A stretch of DNA of 64,000 bases, taken from IMG/VR virus record IMGVR_UViG_3300027327_000001; one strand, written 5' to 3'. The notes beneath the pieces were generated by a model that ran no database searches, had not been told where the DNA came from, and saw only the letters and a list, made by a program, of their open reading frames with translations. Positions 63,001-64,000 of this stretch are shown one piece after another. Position 1 is the stretch's first letter, and every line of letters starts with the position of its first letter. This DNA comes from a virus. A program made the position numbers and the translations under genes.

Positions 63001-63292
63001 TGCCGACTTCCGGAAGCAGTTGCCTTTGCGCGGCGACGAAGCCATTCAGAGCCGTTTCCGCCTTGTTGACCTCTCGCGCTACCGCGGCGCCGAAACTCGC
63101 GGCGCCTACCTGCGCCTGAAGCTGCTTTACAGCCGCTCCGAGACGGCCGAAGGACGCGCCGGCATCCTGCGTGGATGCCCGTATCGACTTCGTTTCTCTT
63201 TGGAATTTGGCTAGGGCCTCGTTGGCCTGCCTGACGCTTCGACTTACTTCATCCCGCGCTTTCAGGATAATGTTGACGGTTCTGTCTACCAT
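54095..63292 (-). CDS. tail tape measure protein (3065 aa)
   Basis: A giant Ala/Leu/Glu/Gln-rich helical ORF directly downstream of the G/GT chaperone pair. It has a central hydrophobic segment (…LIGIAIAPFFVAIVRHLAVLPAAVG…) and internal long repeats. TAGGAG-N6-ATG precedes the start. Confidence 0.85.
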   Translation of the reverse strand: MVDRTVNIILKARDEVSRSVRQANEALAKFQRETKSIRASTQDAGASFGRLGAAVKQLQAQVGAASFGAAVAREVNKAETALNGFVAAQRQLLPEVGRLANASKRQAAEVGRLRQASSELIAQYAAERARLQQLGRSKRNVAQETRNLSARVRESIQAIKLAEAEQDRLGLAAKRAASSLGEANTRIRSSATELGKVERVAKDAANAYQQAGQTIRREFLRAFQDQNQVVERVRASYRSLSQQATQMGRAIASVGPNTQQQVLQFEKLRTQARRAREELTGQVQTLQQMRGVLRSSGSDLDSLANAQARFTSAAARGQSSLAKYREDLRRAADAAQRLAAAQAKTAASTRRQAAAFQTTAAQTSRAVNSTRFLADAYRQLQQRFGAVLNLLGRVRDRLALLVATYIGFFGIVRTFQRVVEVFSTVEQATNRLLAAFDGIDSRVEQELDRLRRTAGRLGLEFGSLAQQYSALQIAAQGTVLQGEALSRLFRQVTEAARVQNLSLDQVNGIFVALSQIISKGTVSMEELRQQLGDRLPGAVNIFATALGISTEELFKLVEQGQIGAENLTLFGDALEARFGSELERSLNSVAAAIGRVGDSGFQAFQRLGSGGLIDSLQALFEDFADTLISEDFGVLLDNIGAAMAGLSNIARALVNNFDRLTATITGLIGIAIAPFFVAIVRHLAVLPAAVGAANAQFRALQAQMGTMGALSAALSVNFTRLHTALLALSSAPIALAFGGIGAALGFMITRADDATRALEGNRSILDVARDALDRYGTSVVEVQEYIRDNLAGDEIQQSLTETTEALSDATSDAQGIVSVLRAGLRQASIGVQDIVLENAFNNIDDLIETLANGEITLEEFRRRLEEIAQTADSDAVTGFNTDLRAAIPDLVEAAEGVDALSLAFADTSDVMALFGTNADEAAAAIERLNSQQTEAEVQARSSIRRAQGQVEAARALTRELKALEETRQRQLEDQTTPDADIDATDEAIRVLTEASVKQLNTAREALEKVLGELGDNEFQEILAASLSADIAAVNNLIANLEDDGRQSLANFYQRQARTYRRIVDGLNRDLTRQLSSGALDALDGDIIRDRDQATQDYINSLRSELKILEQLEVQGADTAARIAEINRIVEAQGEGNALFDFSAAQTSAVGFQNALTEALNSVRAAFAGGDTFGLVGLQNEIAGARTGLETLLEDINRLIAELGNRATPEMLAFRDSIAELLSTGSGDQFRGAAFEGIQDRIDELNALQQQINAGLGDAFLSGDTVGFAEGAEESRRLGEEIKRLIALQAGYAEITGELTAAQRLQLVVNEQLVTQIGDRIPGATRAAIQASTQRITALFEERDAIIARYGALLDQGVTPQDPQAEAIEAEIEEANQRIRAQTEEIRKTVEDIGALTPELQSYLKELESVDANLREESQVAILGQLETLVNSLSSQRRGLQRAAQDLADSGNTAQLPEVESNLAATEKQIEELDADVALLIDSWGDLGPEASRAAIALRLALISATKPQPGESQTQILLDDFNELQRVAKALAGALEDAVSRGDNAEAARLRTELRGVTEQADEAAGKFLEYTGQLQTITPEVRTLQIEVSKLREELELLGAQSDFGGLQQRFRQFETSIGGILDRVRTGLGRGDALNLDDIFGEFGDARQGVRELLSSMDELIRFLGTDATPEMLAFRDTLRETLRLPAGEQFNAAVRTGLDSRIQDVQRLQEQTKAARDAAFARNEDVRANELTEELRSQGDELVRLTSLRKTYENAITRQTAAQRIESLANDALLNQNKVFQADYSNAIRAAQERTKALEAETDALIDLYGAIIRQGDLPTATEPLSVLNTIQFNDSQIDLQIQGIRTSIGQLGTLTPEIIKFIDELRVLRLTVRDESQAAIIAELQALVDDAVAQRDGLRTIADEFRAQNNTTGLRDTQAEITILDNRLAFLQPSIEQTIGLLGRLGPEAKQAAIGIRVALIDAFKPPQEKSQVEILSEELKELEQLARELGKALTNAVGDDLEVARLGAELDQVTAALDEVGGKLDDYVNGIQDATPALRTMQLQVADLRKEMESLGAVSEFEGVQSQIEGFQTATGAILEGVRAGLASGANLNLDALSEEFSNAREAMQGLLTDLNRLVDDLGANAAPELLAFRDKVADALSSTDADLFNAAVGDGIQVRIDRLASLVENAEKRLTEALVSDDDAAAQALTDQIGALDAELKSLIETRRRYTSSITRHTVAESLQRAANDELIAQVGQAIPNAFDRATQQLKPLAEQLGEALERASEAGDYDEIERLRTELDLVKGALDQVGGSLEDYISGIQDATPALRIMQLEVIALRKELETLGATAELGGVQSRIEGFQTATGAILEGVREGLAGGANIDLDALAEEFSNAREAMQGLLTDLNRLVNELGANAGPELLAFRDKVADALSSTDADLFNAAVGEGIQGRIDQLSALVRSAEQGLTAAVLADDPAAAQAFIQQIGALEDELKGLITTSRSYTGVITQQTVAEKLQVAANDQLIAQVGQAVPEALRRATQESERRTAALHQERDALLAQYEAQIEQGALPTDQSASAVAEAIADQDEQIREELRKIQDTIRAIGTLTPELRAYLLQLEDLEANLTDQSDAAILGVLEAQVRSLSRQRRELQTLIKEFNRVGNEQGATQAGALLANVDQALADLKPSINETIAGMGELEGAALQVAIAIQLALIEAFRPPPAARAGRSQIDILSEEFRNLEQLAKTVGGALQEASRRGDTAAVAELRAEYERVSAEADEAARKIDDYANSLTNVTPEVRRLQLEVAQLRMELQTVGVEGELAGLQERIGDLQDLRGLIGSAQRLPGELLGGQSELDAVDQQIQKLVARALELVAALDQTDPAVQALKLRLEETSPVIRDMNTIFRTTADEITETLAGSINDGLSLFVKGVVEGQNAVQALADGFRTFAANFLQRIADMIIEQLAFNAAASILRGFGVSSGDLLSFHSGGNVPGDGAPFRRNFLAGDEYLSVLQSGETVLTEQDQRNLANRAAPGGSGDVTVINAIDALSFAEEALSTRRGQRMVLNAIQNNKSATKTILGV

Positions 63293-63301
63293 GCGCGGCT
63301 C

Positions 63302-63517
63302 CTAGCGATTGCGCAGAATCTCCGCTATCGTGTCTCCGAACCTCTTTGCCGACTTCTCGCTAAGGCAGCCTTCAACCGCCTGCTTGAGCAAGGTCATGGT
63401 TTCCGCCAGATCCACATCCTTGCGCTGCTTGATCAAGACACTCTCGTCTAGCAGCCTGCCGAAAGGATACTCCGCGGCCCACGGATGACCCTCGGAGTAG
63501 CACAGACTTACTTTTTC
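63302..63517 (-). CDS. T-extension of the tail assembly chaperone, reached by a -1 frameshift from the G frame (GT fusion)
   Basis: The frame is open from 63685 to 63302 and lies -1 relative to the G frame. It ends 10 nt before the TMP start. Confidence 0.55.
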   Translation of the reverse strand, partial: EKVSLCYSEGHPWAAEYPFGRLLDESVLIKQRKDVDLAETMTLLKQAVEGCLSEKSAKRFGDTIAEILRNR

Positions 63518-64000
63518 GCGGACCGCGCTTTGGAAGGCCCACCAACTGTCGGGGAGGGTTCGTCGTCCGGAACCGCTTCCGTCATCACCGTCTGCACGCT
63601 CGCCATCGCTTCGAAGGCCATCGCGACTATTTTTTTTAAAGACTCGATGGATACTACGGAAAGCTCTATGATCTTGCCAAGGCATTCCGCTTGCACGACG
63701 GTTGGCAGGGAGCCGGCGACGCGCTCCGACTTTTTGACTTCTTCCGGATCTTCGTCGTAGGAGTCATTGGCGAGGCAGATGATAGTCGGAATACACTCCG
63801 GACACTCCGCGACCATGACTTTCACGATCCTGGACAAGTCCGACGACGCATCGGTGCCGGCAAATTTCTCGTTGTAGATCTTCGCCAGCTTGGGGCCGAA
63901 TCGGGAAGCGAGAATTTCCAGATCTCGCGACCCGAGGCCGCGAAGATCAATATCCTGCCCGGCATACTCGACGGACTCCGTTTGGATTACTACCTGACTG
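63508..64000 (-). CDS. tail assembly chaperone G-like protein (5' end beyond the window)
   Basis: The frame is open from the window end to the TAA at 63508-63510 by hand translation (…VVIQTESVEYAGQDIDLRGLGSRDLEILASRFGPKLAKIYNEKF…SAKK*). Its position upstream of the TMP supports the call. Confidence 0.6.
   Translation of the reverse strand, partial: SQVVIQTESVEYAGQDIDLRGLGSRDLEILASRFGPKLAKIYNEKFAGTDASSDLSRIVKVMVAECPECIPTIICLANDSYDEDPEEVKKSERVAGSLPTVVQAECLGKIIELSVVSIESLKKIVAMAFEAMASVQTVMTEAVPDDEPSPTVGGPSKARSAKK
63511..63517 (-). promoter_or_regulatory. candidate -1 programmed frameshift heptamer G-AAA-AAG
   Basis: The minus strand reads gcG AAA AAG TAA. These are the last two sense codons of the G frame, and the -1 frame continues as REKVSLCYSEGHPW…. 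Confidence 0.5.

Noticed and set aside
54126-63214. Many plus-strand ORFs lie inside the tape measure gene, up to 351 aa (54920-55975).
   Set aside because: All are antisense to the TMP frame. Their translations are Arg/Ser/Leu/Pro-rich mirror images of an Ala/Leu/Glu/Gln-rich helical protein. The pair 55995-56252 and 56808-57065 is duplicated only because the TMP itself is duplicated.

Overview
This window reads as a tailed-phage or prophage segment, moderately GC-rich by eye. The tail genes resemble the GTA/lambda-like siphovirus type. The layout from left to right is as follows.

- **1-852:** the end of a minus-strand operon.
- **853-2758:** a coding-poor, repeat-rich control region of about 1.9 kb.
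- **2759-13318:** a plus-strand early or accessory operon of 23 small genes. These include an ArdA-like protein, a beta-clamp-like protein and several paralog families. Almost every gene junction carries the same ~75-bp cassette: a GC hairpin, an ACCGG..ACCGG box and a Shine-Dalgarno (SD) sequence.
- **13364-27791:** a long minus-strand block.
  - It starts with a DUF559/Vsr-like endonuclease, an iteron-like 23-bp repeat array flanking a tRNA-Asn, and a C5 cytosine methyltransferase (MTase) that contains a nested 204-codon ORF.
  - Next come five tandem ~88-aa paralogs, a DUF5131 (Gp37/Gp68) protein and three tandem DUF4406/deoxyribosyltransferase-like paralogs.
  - It ends with a RepA-like NTPase, a primase, an SF2 helicase, an MmcB-like nuclease, an SbcC/Rad50-like ATPase, RecT and a Cas4-like exonuclease.
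- **28132-33542:** a plus-strand DNA-modification operon. It holds an N6A-type MTase, an N4/N6 MTase interrupted by a 320-aa LAGLIDADG intein, small membrane proteins and a GNAT-like protein.
- **33713-37481:** minus-strand accessory genes, including tail-anchored coiled-coil paralogs.
- **37478-39734:** a lysis cassette with membrane (holin-like) proteins, an SLT endolysin, an i-spanin and an o-spanin.
- **40422-64000:** the tail module.
  - It starts with the G/GT chaperone pair, which has a -1 slippery site.
  - Next is a 3065-aa tape measure protein with internal tandem duplications.
  - Then come minor tail proteins, a BR0599-like protein and a 1421-aa J-like protein.
  - It ends with a double 2OG-Fe(II) oxygenase and a 1263-aa fibre.

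All functional calls rest on motifs recognised by eye. No database search was possible.
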